Virus record (IMG/VR): IMGVR_UViG_3300025154_000052
Coordinates: 73,578-137,577 of that record
Direction: 5' to 3' (one strand)
DNA from: a virus
Length of the DNA: 64,000 nt
Numbering within the stretch: position 1 is the first letter of the stretch; every line of letters starts with the position of its first letter. The position numbers and the translations under genes are program-made. The notes below the pieces were generated by a model that had not been told where the DNA came from, made no database searches, and saw nothing but the letters and a program-made list of their open reading frames with translations. Of this stretch, positions 56,134-64,000 are shown piece by piece.

Positions 56134-56719
56134 CCTTCCCCACCATCGACTGAAGGCGGGCGTTGAACTCCTGCAGTTCCCGCCGTGCTCGCTGCCGGTT
56201 GTGCTGAAAGATGTCCTCGGTGCCCCGGAGTATAGCCCGAGCATCCGAGTGGATCGTGCCTGCCGCCACCATCTCATCGAGGTCACGGATAAGCAGTGTC
56301 CGAACGAAGGCATCCTTGTCCGCCACATTGCTGATGTCCGTCACCGGAGGTATCCGGAGCCGCGCCCACCATATCGCGGTGAGCCGATCGGAGGCGTACA
56401 GGTCCGACCCGCTCACAAGGTCCCGAAGGCACACATCGGAGACGCCCGACCGCGCCAGGATGGCGATCGTCTCGTGTCGCCGCTCTGCCCCCTCAAGCGT
56501 CATCTCCTCCGCGCACTGCCCCCATGCGGGCACGTCCACGCCGATAAGGGGCAATGTCTGCTCGAGGCAGATACGCGCAGCCAGAGCGTCGAAGGGTGCC
56601 CACTCCCGATCGAGGGCTTCCCGCTCTTTCACCCGCCGCTCAGTCTCGCGGAGCGCTTCCGCACGTTCTGCTTCAGGATTTCGGCGTTTGCGTCTCATGA
56701 TTCCTCTAAGTGCTTCCAC
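56120..56719 (-). CDS. hypothetical protein
   Basis: 199 aa. Confidence 0.65.
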   Translation of the reverse strand: MEALRGIMRRKRRNPEAERAEALRETERRVKEREALDREWAPFDALAARICLEQTLPLIGVDVPAWGQCAEEMTLEGAERRHETIAILARSGVSDVCLRDLVSGSDLYASDRLTAIWWARLRIPPVTDISNVADKDAFVRTLLIRDLDEMVAAGTIHSDARAILRGTEDIFQHNRQRARRELQEFNARLQSMVGKDDHA

Positions 56720-57276
56720 AGATCAGTCAACCGAGCAAACGCACACCCGGTCCTATAACAGACCTTGTCCGCGTAACCCGCTGGATGCTCCTCACGCATG
56801 ACGTGATACCGACCCCGGGCACTCCCGGGACCGTTACAGAAATCCCAGATGACCAAGCCAGGCCATTTCGACAGTCGCGGCAGTTTGGCATACCGCTCTG
56901 TCGGCTTGCCGTCGCGATCCGTGGCCAGGACCACCCATATCAGCGTGGGCGTTGCAGGCTTCTGAATCCGTGCATACTCATCACGCATCGTGCCCGGAAG
57001 TGCGTCCTCCCGTGCGGCGGTTTCAGCAGCCCGGTACAGGTCCGGCAGTTCGTCGGCATCGTAGATGCCCGCATCACCCAGAAGGAGATGTCCGGCGGTC
57101 AGTGCATTCTCGCGTGCTTCCGGGGTCCTGGGACGCCGTGAAGGGACACCGCGCAATCGGAAGCCCATGAGACCGGACACCATGCCATCTGACCACAGGC
57201 AGACGGCGATGCCATCATAGGTGTGAGACCGGGCGATCTCATGCGCGTCGGACTGTCCACAAGAGCATGTCATCAT
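56695..57276 (-). CDS. hypothetical protein
   Basis: 193 aa, purine-rich RBS. Confidence 0.7.
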   Translation of the reverse strand: MMTCSCGQSDAHEIARSHTYDGIAVCLWSDGMVSGLMGFRLRGVPSRRPRTPEARENALTAGHLLLGDAGIYDADELPDLYRAAETAAREDALPGTMRDEYARIQKPATPTLIWVVLATDRDGKPTERYAKLPRLSKWPGLVIWDFCNGPGSARGRYHVMREEHPAGYADKVCYRTGCAFARLTDLWKHLEES

Positions 57277-57321
57277 CTCTCTCTCCCTGCCCGGATTGCC
57301 CGCCGGGCTCGGGGTGTGGAA

Positions 57322-57765
57322 CTACTCGAGCGTCAGGTCCTGTTCGGCCCAGGCCATCCGCTCCCACTCGTCCTGGTACGACTCAAACGAGCCGTTATCA
57401 TTGGCATAAGCCAGCAGGAGCGCCGCCCATTCGGACGAATACTCGCGCTGGCAAGAGACGTAACCAGCGCCGCTATATCGCACGCCGTCAAGGATGTAGC
57501 CGTGGTGGTGCGTACTGTCGTCCATCCCGTCGAACGATGTGGACTCGAATTGCCCTGCTACCGCCTCCACGTCCTTTGTCCGCGGGCCATCCGTCCAAGC
57601 GACATCAACAGTCGAGCCCATGGAGTATGACCGCGACCGGACGCTGAACTTGATACCAGGGAATGCGACCTTCAGCGCTGACCGGATTTTCTTGGCCGTC
57701 TCAGCGGGTGTCTCGTAGATTGTCTCCATCTGTCGCCTGGTGCTCATGTTGATGATGGTCGCCAT
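57322..57765 (-). CDS. LPD29-like (large polyvalent protein-associated) domain protein
   Basis: ETAKKIRSALKVAFPGIKFSVRS...VDVAWTDGP; promoter TTGACA-N17-TATATT upstream. Confidence 0.7.
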   Translation of the reverse strand: MATIINMSTRRQMETIYETPAETAKKIRSALKVAFPGIKFSVRSRSYSMGSTVDVAWTDGPRTKDVEAVAGQFESTSFDGMDDSTHHHGYILDGVRYSGAGYVSCQREYSSEWAALLLAYANDNGSFESYQDEWERMAWAEQDLTLE

Positions 57766-57904
57766 GTCCTACTCTCCCGTGATTTGTTTTTGCCAGCGTC
57801 TATGTACCTAATATAAGGCAGGCTTTGATTACTGTCAATAGTAGAAATGACAATGCTTCAAATTATTTTTAAGGGAATAAGAGTAGGAGGGAGGAAGAAG
57901 GCTA

Positions 57905-58426
57905 TCAGGGCGTTACGGCGGCATAATCTCGTCCGTACACAACGCACGCCACAACGGCGGCGACTATCACCGCGTGGGCCATAAACGGGCTTTCCTCGCA
58001 CACACACGGATCGCCTGTTAGCCCAGTGTGAAACATTGCAGACCACACAGAACCGTCGTATTCGACTGCCAACGTCAGGTGACGCCCGGTCCATTCTCTT
58101 ACGGCTTTGACGATCGGTTCCGGGTCGAAGGCTCCGGGACGGCAGAGGTCCGCGATCGGGCGGCGGTAGTGCCTTACCTCATAGACATATCGGGTGGCAG
58201 TACCGTCGTACTCAGGGGCGCCTCGGCGGACCATGTCAAGCGCCTCTGACTCATCCATGAGTCCTGCGTTGACATGCTTGATCGCCTCCTCTATCGGTAC
58301 ATCCCCATCCCTGCGCATCATCTCATGCGCCAGGCGGTTGAACTCCGTTCGCCCTTCCGGTGTCTCCGGGTCGAACGTGGCGAGTGCCGTCAAGTCATCA
58401 CTGGTCAGATCCTTCATGTGGTTCAC
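57905..58426 (-). CDS. hypothetical protein, possible ABA-sandwich C-terminus
   Basis: ...WSAMF...AHAVIVAAVVA. Confidence 0.55.
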   Translation of the reverse strand: MNHMKDLTSDDLTALATFDPETPEGRTEFNRLAHEMMRRDGDVPIEEAIKHVNAGLMDESEALDMVRRGAPEYDGTATRYVYEVRHYRRPIADLCRPGAFDPEPIVKAVREWTGRHLTLAVEYDGSVWSAMFHTGLTGDPCVCEESPFMAHAVIVAAVVACVVYGRDYAAVTP

Positions 58427-58620
58427 GTCTCAGTCTCCCTTAGTTCCTCTTCTGTGCCTCTAAACTCTGGAGGAAGCCACGCCGCATCCTCATCAGCGTC
58501 CGCCCGTCCTGTGCCCTCGCAGTCAGGGCAATCCCGCTCGGTGACGATCGTGCAGAGTCGCCGGGTTTTTACCGTGCCACGCCCCCGACAAGTGCGGCAT
58601 TTTAAGCCTTGGTGCTTCAT
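58423..58620 (-). CDS. DnaJ-type CxxCxGxG Zn-finger protein
   Basis: CRTCRGRG and CPDCEGTG. Confidence 0.7.
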   Translation of the reverse strand: MKHQGLKCRTCRGRGTVKTRRLCTIVTERDCPDCEGTGRADADEDAAWLPPEFRGTEEELRETET

Positions 58621-58637
58621 CGCTTTCTCCTATACCA

Positions 58638-58883
58638 TCAAACCGACTCTTCCCGCAGATGAGTAGCCGTGTCTTCTGGCGTCGATACCGCCCGACGATA
58701 GGTCTCGATATCGAAGTGGAGGGTGTCCCCCTCCTGTGTCGGCTCGAGAAGGTCAGCCGGGAGTGTCACGGTTGAGGGCGGGAGGTGGACACCCTTGTAG
58801 TTGATGACACCCGGCATAAGCCGAGTGATCGCCAAGGGGAGATGGTTTGCCTGTCGCCAGCGGATCTCACGCTTCTCCATCAC
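58638..58883 (-). CDS. hypothetical protein
   Basis: 81 aa. Confidence 0.55.
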   Translation of the reverse strand: MMEKREIRWRQANHLPLAITRLMPGVINYKGVHLPPSTVTLPADLLEPTQEGDTLHFDIETYRRAVSTPEDTATHLREESV

Positions 58884-58893
58884 TCGTTTCCCT

Positions 58894-59055
58894 TCACAGC
58901 ACCGACACCAGGCCCAGACCGCACATCACGCCGGTCATCGCAATCAGACCGACCATCAGCACCAGTTTCCATGTGCTCACGAACGGTGACGGCGTCTCGT
59001 CCGTCACAAACACGATCTGCACCGGCCGCAACAAATGCCTGTACTCGCTCCGCAT
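58894..59055 (-). CDS. small membrane protein
   Basis: C-terminal TM helix; GAGG RBS. Confidence 0.55.
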   Translation of the reverse strand: MRSEYRHLLRPVQIVFVTDETPSPFVSTWKLVLMVGLIAMTGVMCGLGLVSVL

Positions 59056-59150
59056 GTCCGCCTCAGCAGTAGTTGTTGACTTATTAAAGGGGGTCTTACA
59101 TACTGTACCCATTAGTGGCGTAAGATTCAACTACTATTTTATAGTGCGGC

Positions 59151-59603
59151 ATGCAAGATCGATCCGCTCAAGTCGTAGAACTGCTGAAACTTCACGGGCC
59201 GCAGACCATTGGCCAGTTGTGCGAGCGCTGGAGCACGCCCATCTCACGCCAGGTGATGAACCGTCGTGTAAGGCGGCTCGAGAAGCAGGGTGTCGTCAAG
59301 CGGGTGGGGAACGCTGCCACCTTCAGTCGAGGCCGTCAGCCGATCATCTTCGCCATCGCCTCCAAGCGGGTGAAGTTGGATGTGGTCACGATTGAGCAGG
59401 TTAAGAAGGCTTGCAAGGTCAAGGCGGGTACGACATGGGCGGCGAAGAATAACCCGAGCCGGATTGTGACAGTAGATGAGATTTTCAAACTCCCGGACGG
59501 CAGGCGGGGTGCTCGGCTATCGGATGGCAGGCTCGTCTACGAGGAAACATTGATCCGTATCTACACGGAAGTGAAGGAGAATCATGGGACAACGGCCGAA
59601 TAG
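59151..59603 (+). CDS. winged-HTH protein
   Basis: LLKLHGPQTIGQLCE...RQVMNRRVRRLEKQGVVKR; divergent promoters at 59076-59140. Confidence 0.75.
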   Translation: MQDRSAQVVELLKLHGPQTIGQLCERWSTPISRQVMNRRVRRLEKQGVVKRVGNAATFSRGRQPIIFAIASKRVKLDVVTIEQVKKACKVKAGTTWAAKNNPSRIVTVDEIFKLPDGRRGARLSDGRLVYEETLIRIYTEVKENHGTTAE

Positions 59604-60045
59604 AGAAGACGCGGTCACACGAGTGTATCAGAAGATCGGGGAGCAGCGGCTTGTGGCGGCTGTGCTCGAAACGTTCCAGTTGGAAGGACAGTTGACCGGT
59701 AAGCCCCCGGTCTACACCGAGAAGCAACTCGTGGATCGAACGGCGGATCTTCTGACCTACATGCTCGAGTACCTGTACGACTGTGGCCAGGGCTTCGAAC
59801 AGGCATTCGAGACCGCTCGAGCCATGCTCGCTCACAAGGTCCTCGGGCTACCTGAGCCGGTGGTCCAGACGTTCAAGGGCGGGAAGCGCACGGACAGCGC
59901 TGTCCATCCTCGCAATAAGGGGCGTGTCACACGAGTTGCAATGGCCGACCCGTCGATGGGCACCATCCCAGTGGAGAAGAACCGGGTCAACGCCGATGAA
60001 CGTCTGGTCGTACTCACGGATGCCGCCGGCAGAATACTCCATTGA
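59584..60045 (+). CDS. hypothetical protein
   Basis: AAGGAG RBS. Confidence 0.7.
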   Translation: MGQRPNREDAVTRVYQKIGEQRLVAAVLETFQLEGQLTGKPPVYTEKQLVDRTADLLTYMLEYLYDCGQGFEQAFETARAMLAHKVLGLPEPVVQTFKGGKRTDSAVHPRNKGRVTRVAMADPSMGTIPVEKNRVNADERLVVLTDAAGRILH

Positions 60046-60467
60046 AAGGCAGGCGGTGTCCGCTGTGTAAACTCGGGTGGATTACACCTGAGAAACGTGA
60101 CCTTGTGGTGACGTTCGGGGATCGCGTTCATGGCGAGACACCTATGGACTATGTTGTCGCTTCCGTCCCGGGCCATCGCTGCGACAACCCTCTTACTCAG
60201 CCGGATGGTTCCTTCGTCTGTCGTCGCTGGATACCTGATCCGTCATGGGGCGATGGATCGGAACGCGCCGGGCTCGCCTGGAAAAAGGCATGGTCACAGC
60301 ACTCAAAAGCCTTCCAAAACGCCTTCCCTCGCTGTCAGCGCTGCAACATGTGGACGAATCACACTCATCATCGGATCTATCGGTCACAAGGTGGGAGTGA
60401 CGCCTGGGAGAACCTTGAGGCGCTGTGTGCGAAGTGTCACGAGGATGAACACCGGGCAAGAAAATAA
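60042..60467 (+). CDS. HNH endonuclease with N-terminal Zn ribbon
   Basis: CQRC...HHRIYRSQGGSDAWENLEALCAKCHEDEH. Confidence 0.85.
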   Translation: MKGRRCPLCKLGWITPEKRDLVVTFGDRVHGETPMDYVVASVPGHRCDNPLTQPDGSFVCRRWIPDPSWGDGSERAGLAWKKAWSQHSKAFQNAFPRCQRCNMWTNHTHHRIYRSQGGSDAWENLEALCAKCHEDEHRARK

Positions 60468-60522
60468 ACCAGCGGCATGGCCCAGATTGCCGTGACCAGA
60501 GAACCATGCCGCTGTGGGTAGG

Positions 60523-61545
60523 CTACAGGTGACGGGCCGAGATGGCTTGGTCCACCATGTCGAGTTGCTTACTGGTCAGGGTCACCGACTTCGAGCCGGT
60601 CAAAATCGTGGCACTGCCCATCATCGCCCGTTCGGCGCCTCGCTCGTCACGCTTGAGCGGCTTGAATAGAAGTCCCTGCCCATCCGCCCATCCCGCCGCC
60701 TGGATGAGTTCTATGGTCCTCGGATGGGCATTGGCGTGAGCGATCACACAGGCATGCCCCTTGTCCCTGGCACCATACCGGGCGATGGTGGCCAGGTTCT
60801 CTTCCATGTCGTGGCCCTTAGTCTTCGCCTTGGCCGCGTCCACGTCGAAGTCCGCGTGCCCCATCTCGTGATGAACCAGTCGCTCTTTCTCCCACTCCTC
60901 ACGAGATGGCCAGGCGGGAAGGCTGAGCGTCATCGTCCACAAGGGGACGTAGCCCTCCTTCCAGAGGTTCCGGTCCTTCTTGCTGACCGTGCTCAGGCTC
61001 CCGAACACCACCGCACCCTTGGATACCCACTTGCTGTTCCGCCAGAGAATGCGGAACGCCCGAGGGTCTTCTGGAAGTCCGGCGTCCTTGAACTCCGGCT
61101 GAATGAGCAGCCGGTCGATGATGGACCGCACGTCGAAGCCGGGGAGTTTCTCGAGCCGTTCATTCGGCATGTAGTCCGGCAGGGCTGTGATCCACTCCCT
61201 CATTACGTCGATGGAGCCTGCCTGGATATCCTTTCCCTCCCGGATGTCCTCCGCACGCCACATCTCGTTTCTAATGTGAACCGGCGCCCAGTCACACACG
61301 CCGTCTACGGTGATGTAGTCGGCGGTCTGATCTGTGATCTCCAGATAGGCTTTCATCACCTTCTGGTATTCGTCCAAGTCCTCCACTGGACGGCCGGGGT
61401 GGTAATCGGTGACGAGTCGGAGCCAGGCTTCATCCACCTTGTCTCGCGTCTCGTCTTCTTTGATTCTCAGAATTTTGTAAGGGCTTTCCGCTATCACTTC
61501 AACTTCCTCCACATGTTCAGCGTCGGGCGCCCACCTTGAGCGCAC
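60523..61545 (-). CDS. J-domain-like plus phage metallopeptidase fusion
   Basis: PYKILRI...AWLRLVTDYHPG; LVHHEMGH (HExxH) and GHDMEE. Confidence 0.7.
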   Translation of the reverse strand: MRSRWAPDAEHVEEVEVIAESPYKILRIKEDETRDKVDEAWLRLVTDYHPGRPVEDLDEYQKVMKAYLEITDQTADYITVDGVCDWAPVHIRNEMWRAEDIREGKDIQAGSIDVMREWITALPDYMPNERLEKLPGFDVRSIIDRLLIQPEFKDAGLPEDPRAFRILWRNSKWVSKGAVVFGSLSTVSKKDRNLWKEGYVPLWTMTLSLPAWPSREEWEKERLVHHEMGHADFDVDAAKAKTKGHDMEENLATIARYGARDKGHACVIAHANAHPRTIELIQAAGWADGQGLLFKPLKRDERGAERAMMGSATILTGSKSVTLTSKQLDMVDQAISARHL

Positions 61546-63154
61546 CGAATATCTCGTTCTCGATTCTTGCCTTCTGTGACGGCGTAAGCGGCTTAGGTTC
61601 CTTACTGGGCCGCTTCTTAACCGTTAGCGGGCGTCCATCCTGCCCGCACAGTCCGGTGTCACTGATGAGCCGTAGAGCCTGCTTTGCCCGGGTGTATGCG
61701 ACGTACTCGAGGTTTCTCTCCTGCTGGAGTTCCCAGTCTTGTGTCGCCCATCGGCCCGGCAGCAAGTCGGGATTGAGCAGCCAAACGTTATCAGCATCGA
61801 GCCCCTTGGCCTTGTGGATGGTGGCCAGGGTCAGAACGTTCGCCTTTGAGTTCTCGGGGGCGAACGTCGTCCTTATGGCATCCTTGAGGTTGGCCGCCGT
61901 CTCAAGGTCATGACGGCTGTCCATAATGGCGCGTAGGGAGTCAGCCTTGTCGTGAACGGACTGGGCAAGCCCCGGTCTGTCAGCCAGTGCGAAACTCAAG
62001 GATTCCTTGTCCTCCCACTTACCAAGGCGGATGTACAGCCCATCTGGGCCGTCGATGGTTCTGACATCGAGTTTGTCGATCAGGGTGATGAGTCCCTGAC
62101 CGATGTCCTTGCCAAGTACGCGACAAGGGACACCTTGACCGATGATTCGATAGGCGAGTGACACCAGCGGCGCTGTGCAGCGGCAGACCACGAGATCAGC
62201 AGGCGTGAAGTCGCTCACTCGGTATGACGATGGCGACTCGACAACACCTTCTACTGCGTTTGCAGCCGCTTCGATCTCCGGCACAAGTTTCTGAGCCAGA
62301 GCGACAACCGAACGGGGACAGCGGTATGTCACACTGAGCGGTAGAACGGTGGCTCTGAACTCCTCAATGATCTTGTCGATGGAGTCTGAAGCAGCGCCCC
62401 TGAAGCCATAGATGGCCTGATTTTCGTCACCTACTCCAATGAAGCGACCAGTAGGTTTGAGCGCACGCTTGATCATCGTTCGCTGAACAGGCGACCAGTC
62501 TTGAACCTCATCCCCGAAGACGAAATCGAACTGCGGGAAATCTGCGCCGGCGATGACGGGCATATAAAGCTGATCGTCGTAGTCGATGACCGACCGGGAT
62601 GTCTTGATCCCCTCCTTCAATACCTGGCTCACACGGATCATCGCCCGGTCGCGGTCCTGCGCCTTGATGGCGATCCCGTACCGTTCGATGAAATACTTCC
62701 ACGTCTCGGGACAGTCGGGCATGAGCCCTTGAAAGTGAGAAGCGCCGGCAGGCACGACACCATGACTCTTAGCCAGTGCTACCAAGGTCTCAATCTCCGC
62801 TCCGTAGGCATCACCTTCAGCGTAAGAAAGAATGGACCGGAGTAGGTTACTAGTCTTGTGCTTGTTGACCTCCGGGTACGACCTGGCCCACGAGAACCAA
62901 GCCTTGACGCCGAACGAATTGAGCGTTCTCGCCTGACAATGGGCAGGGACACGTCGCGCCAGTTCGTCAGCGATGTCCTTGTTGAACGCGACGAAAAGGA
63001 CGCTGCACCGAGACGGGATACGCTCGAGCGCACGGACGATGCTTGAGGTCTTCCCTGATCCTGCGACCGCTTTCACAACAGCATGCCCCATGCCGTTGTC
63101 AATCCAATCATACAGCGCTCGCTGGTGTTTACTCGGCGTCCAATCGCTCGGCAT
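61517..63154 (-). CDS. UvrD/Rep-like SF1A helicase
   Basis: AVAGSGKT, GDEVQD, VGDENQAIYGFRGA, TYRCP, TIHKAKGL, YVAYTRA. Confidence 0.92.
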   Translation of the reverse strand: MPSDWTPSKHQRALYDWIDNGMGHAVVKAVAGSGKTSSIVRALERIPSRCSVLFVAFNKDIADELARRVPAHCQARTLNSFGVKAWFSWARSYPEVNKHKTSNLLRSILSYAEGDAYGAEIETLVALAKSHGVVPAGASHFQGLMPDCPETWKYFIERYGIAIKAQDRDRAMIRVSQVLKEGIKTSRSVIDYDDQLYMPVIAGADFPQFDFVFGDEVQDWSPVQRTMIKRALKPTGRFIGVGDENQAIYGFRGAASDSIDKIIEEFRATVLPLSVTYRCPRSVVALAQKLVPEIEAAANAVEGVVESPSSYRVSDFTPADLVVCRCTAPLVSLAYRIIGQGVPCRVLGKDIGQGLITLIDKLDVRTIDGPDGLYIRLGKWEDKESLSFALADRPGLAQSVHDKADSLRAIMDSRHDLETAANLKDAIRTTFAPENSKANVLTLATIHKAKGLDADNVWLLNPDLLPGRWATQDWELQQERNLEYVAYTRAKQALRLISDTGLCGQDGRPLTVKKRPSKEPKPLTPSQKARIENEIFGALKVGARR

Positions 63155-63271
63155 CCGCTCCTCCGTAGTGGTCAGATACGAGTATACAACGGCTATTTTA
63201 AAGTTTCAACACCTTACTACGGTTTGCGGGAAAAAAGTCCTGCCGGTACGATAGGTCGTAGGAGGCGTGAT

Positions 63272-64000
63272 ATGTGCATGCACAGATTGAGCAAGTCAGC
63301 ACCACGGGTAATTGACGCAGATTATCTGGTCGCTTCGCCTGTCCGATGTGTCGCCACGTTGAAGGACGCCAGGGAAGCATTGGGTGGGCGAACGGTGGGC
63401 CGGCAAGGATGGGTGCTGGTTACAGAGCGAGACGGTGACGTCGTGTCTGTGGAGCGTCTTGCGGCCGGTCTATCCTACGTCGATGCAGAGTTGCTGGCTG
63501 AGAAAGCCGTTGCGCCCGATTCCGCTGTTACCCTGGCCTACGCCGTAGAGGGTAACGGCAAGGGGACGATCTACAAGCGTGCGGTCACGCTCGACTACAC
63601 CGACATCCTTGCAAGGTTGAACTCGGGTATCGCTGATATCGACGTCATGATGGCCGCTGCGGGGTTCACCACGTCGATTCAGAAGGCGGATGACATCTTC
63701 CCCCAGGACGAGCAAACCGAGCGGCTTGTGGCGAAACTGGCGAAGTTGGCGAAGGGCACGGTAGACGCCACCGTGGCTGAACTCGTGGAGATTGCGGAGT
63801 CTACTGACTGGGTAGCGCTGGGCGAAGTCGAACTCGGGAAGCAGATCACAGCCATCGCCGATGGGTTCACCAAGGCAGGAGGCGCCTTCGCTGGGTTACT
63901 CGCCTCTCCACTCCTGCAGCACGGAATGCGCGTGGTCAAGGCTGTACGAGCCTGGGACGCGAAGAAGTATGAATGGGGGCCAGGTGGGAGCAAGGTCCCC
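63272..64000 (+). CDS. partial ORF running off the window (possible head-morphogenesis gene)
   Basis: AGGAGG RBS, ATG at 63272, open to 64000; promoter TTGCGG-N17-TACGAT. Confidence 0.65.
   Translation, partial: MCMHRLSKSAPRVIDADYLVASPVRCVATLKDAREALGGRTVGRQGWVLVTERDGDVVSVERLAAGLSYVDAELLAEKAVAPDSAVTLAYAVEGNGKGTIYKRAVTLDYTDILARLNSGIADIDVMMAAAGFTTSIQKADDIFPQDEQTERLVAKLAKLAKGTVDATVAELVEIAESTDWVALGEVELGKQITAIADGFTKAGGAFAGLLASPLLQHGMRVVKAVRAWDAKKYEWGPGGSKVP

Noticed and set aside
1-64000. Retron/DGR, cas genes, IS transposases, rRNA
   Set aside because: No reverse transcriptase (YxDD), Cas, transposase or rRNA signatures recognised

Overview
64 kb of a large, apparently temperate tailed-phage genome (roughly 60% GC by eye, sigma70-type promoters). 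Layout: a ~2.1 kb non-coding divergent region (1979-4130); a long rightward early/middle arm with an AAA kinase, DUF4942 methyltransferase, HD hydrolase, Dda-like and SNF2 helicases, an operator-controlled GNAT/methyltransferase/double PAPS-reductase(IbrA-like)+ParB(IbrB-like) operon and a TGT/DpdA-like gene; a leftward block of small genes with repeated hairpin cassettes and HTH/operator pairs (29.3-35.2 kb); a tyrosine integrase with an attP-like 3' half of tRNA-Thr(CGT); a Xis-like gene; a repressor switch; an exonuclease, DUF5131 and two Dam-like methylases; a CHAP lysin; an RNA island (large structured ncRNA, several aberrant tRNA-like RNAs, an HNH gene, tRNA-Glu, tRNA-Lys, tmRNA); terminase large subunit and portal; then accessory genes and a UvrD helicase. 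Family assignments come from motif recognition by eye, not database searches. The most unusual elements are the anticodon-less tRNA mimics, the duplicated IbrA/IbrB-like modification operon, and the hairpin and HTH-operator cassettes.
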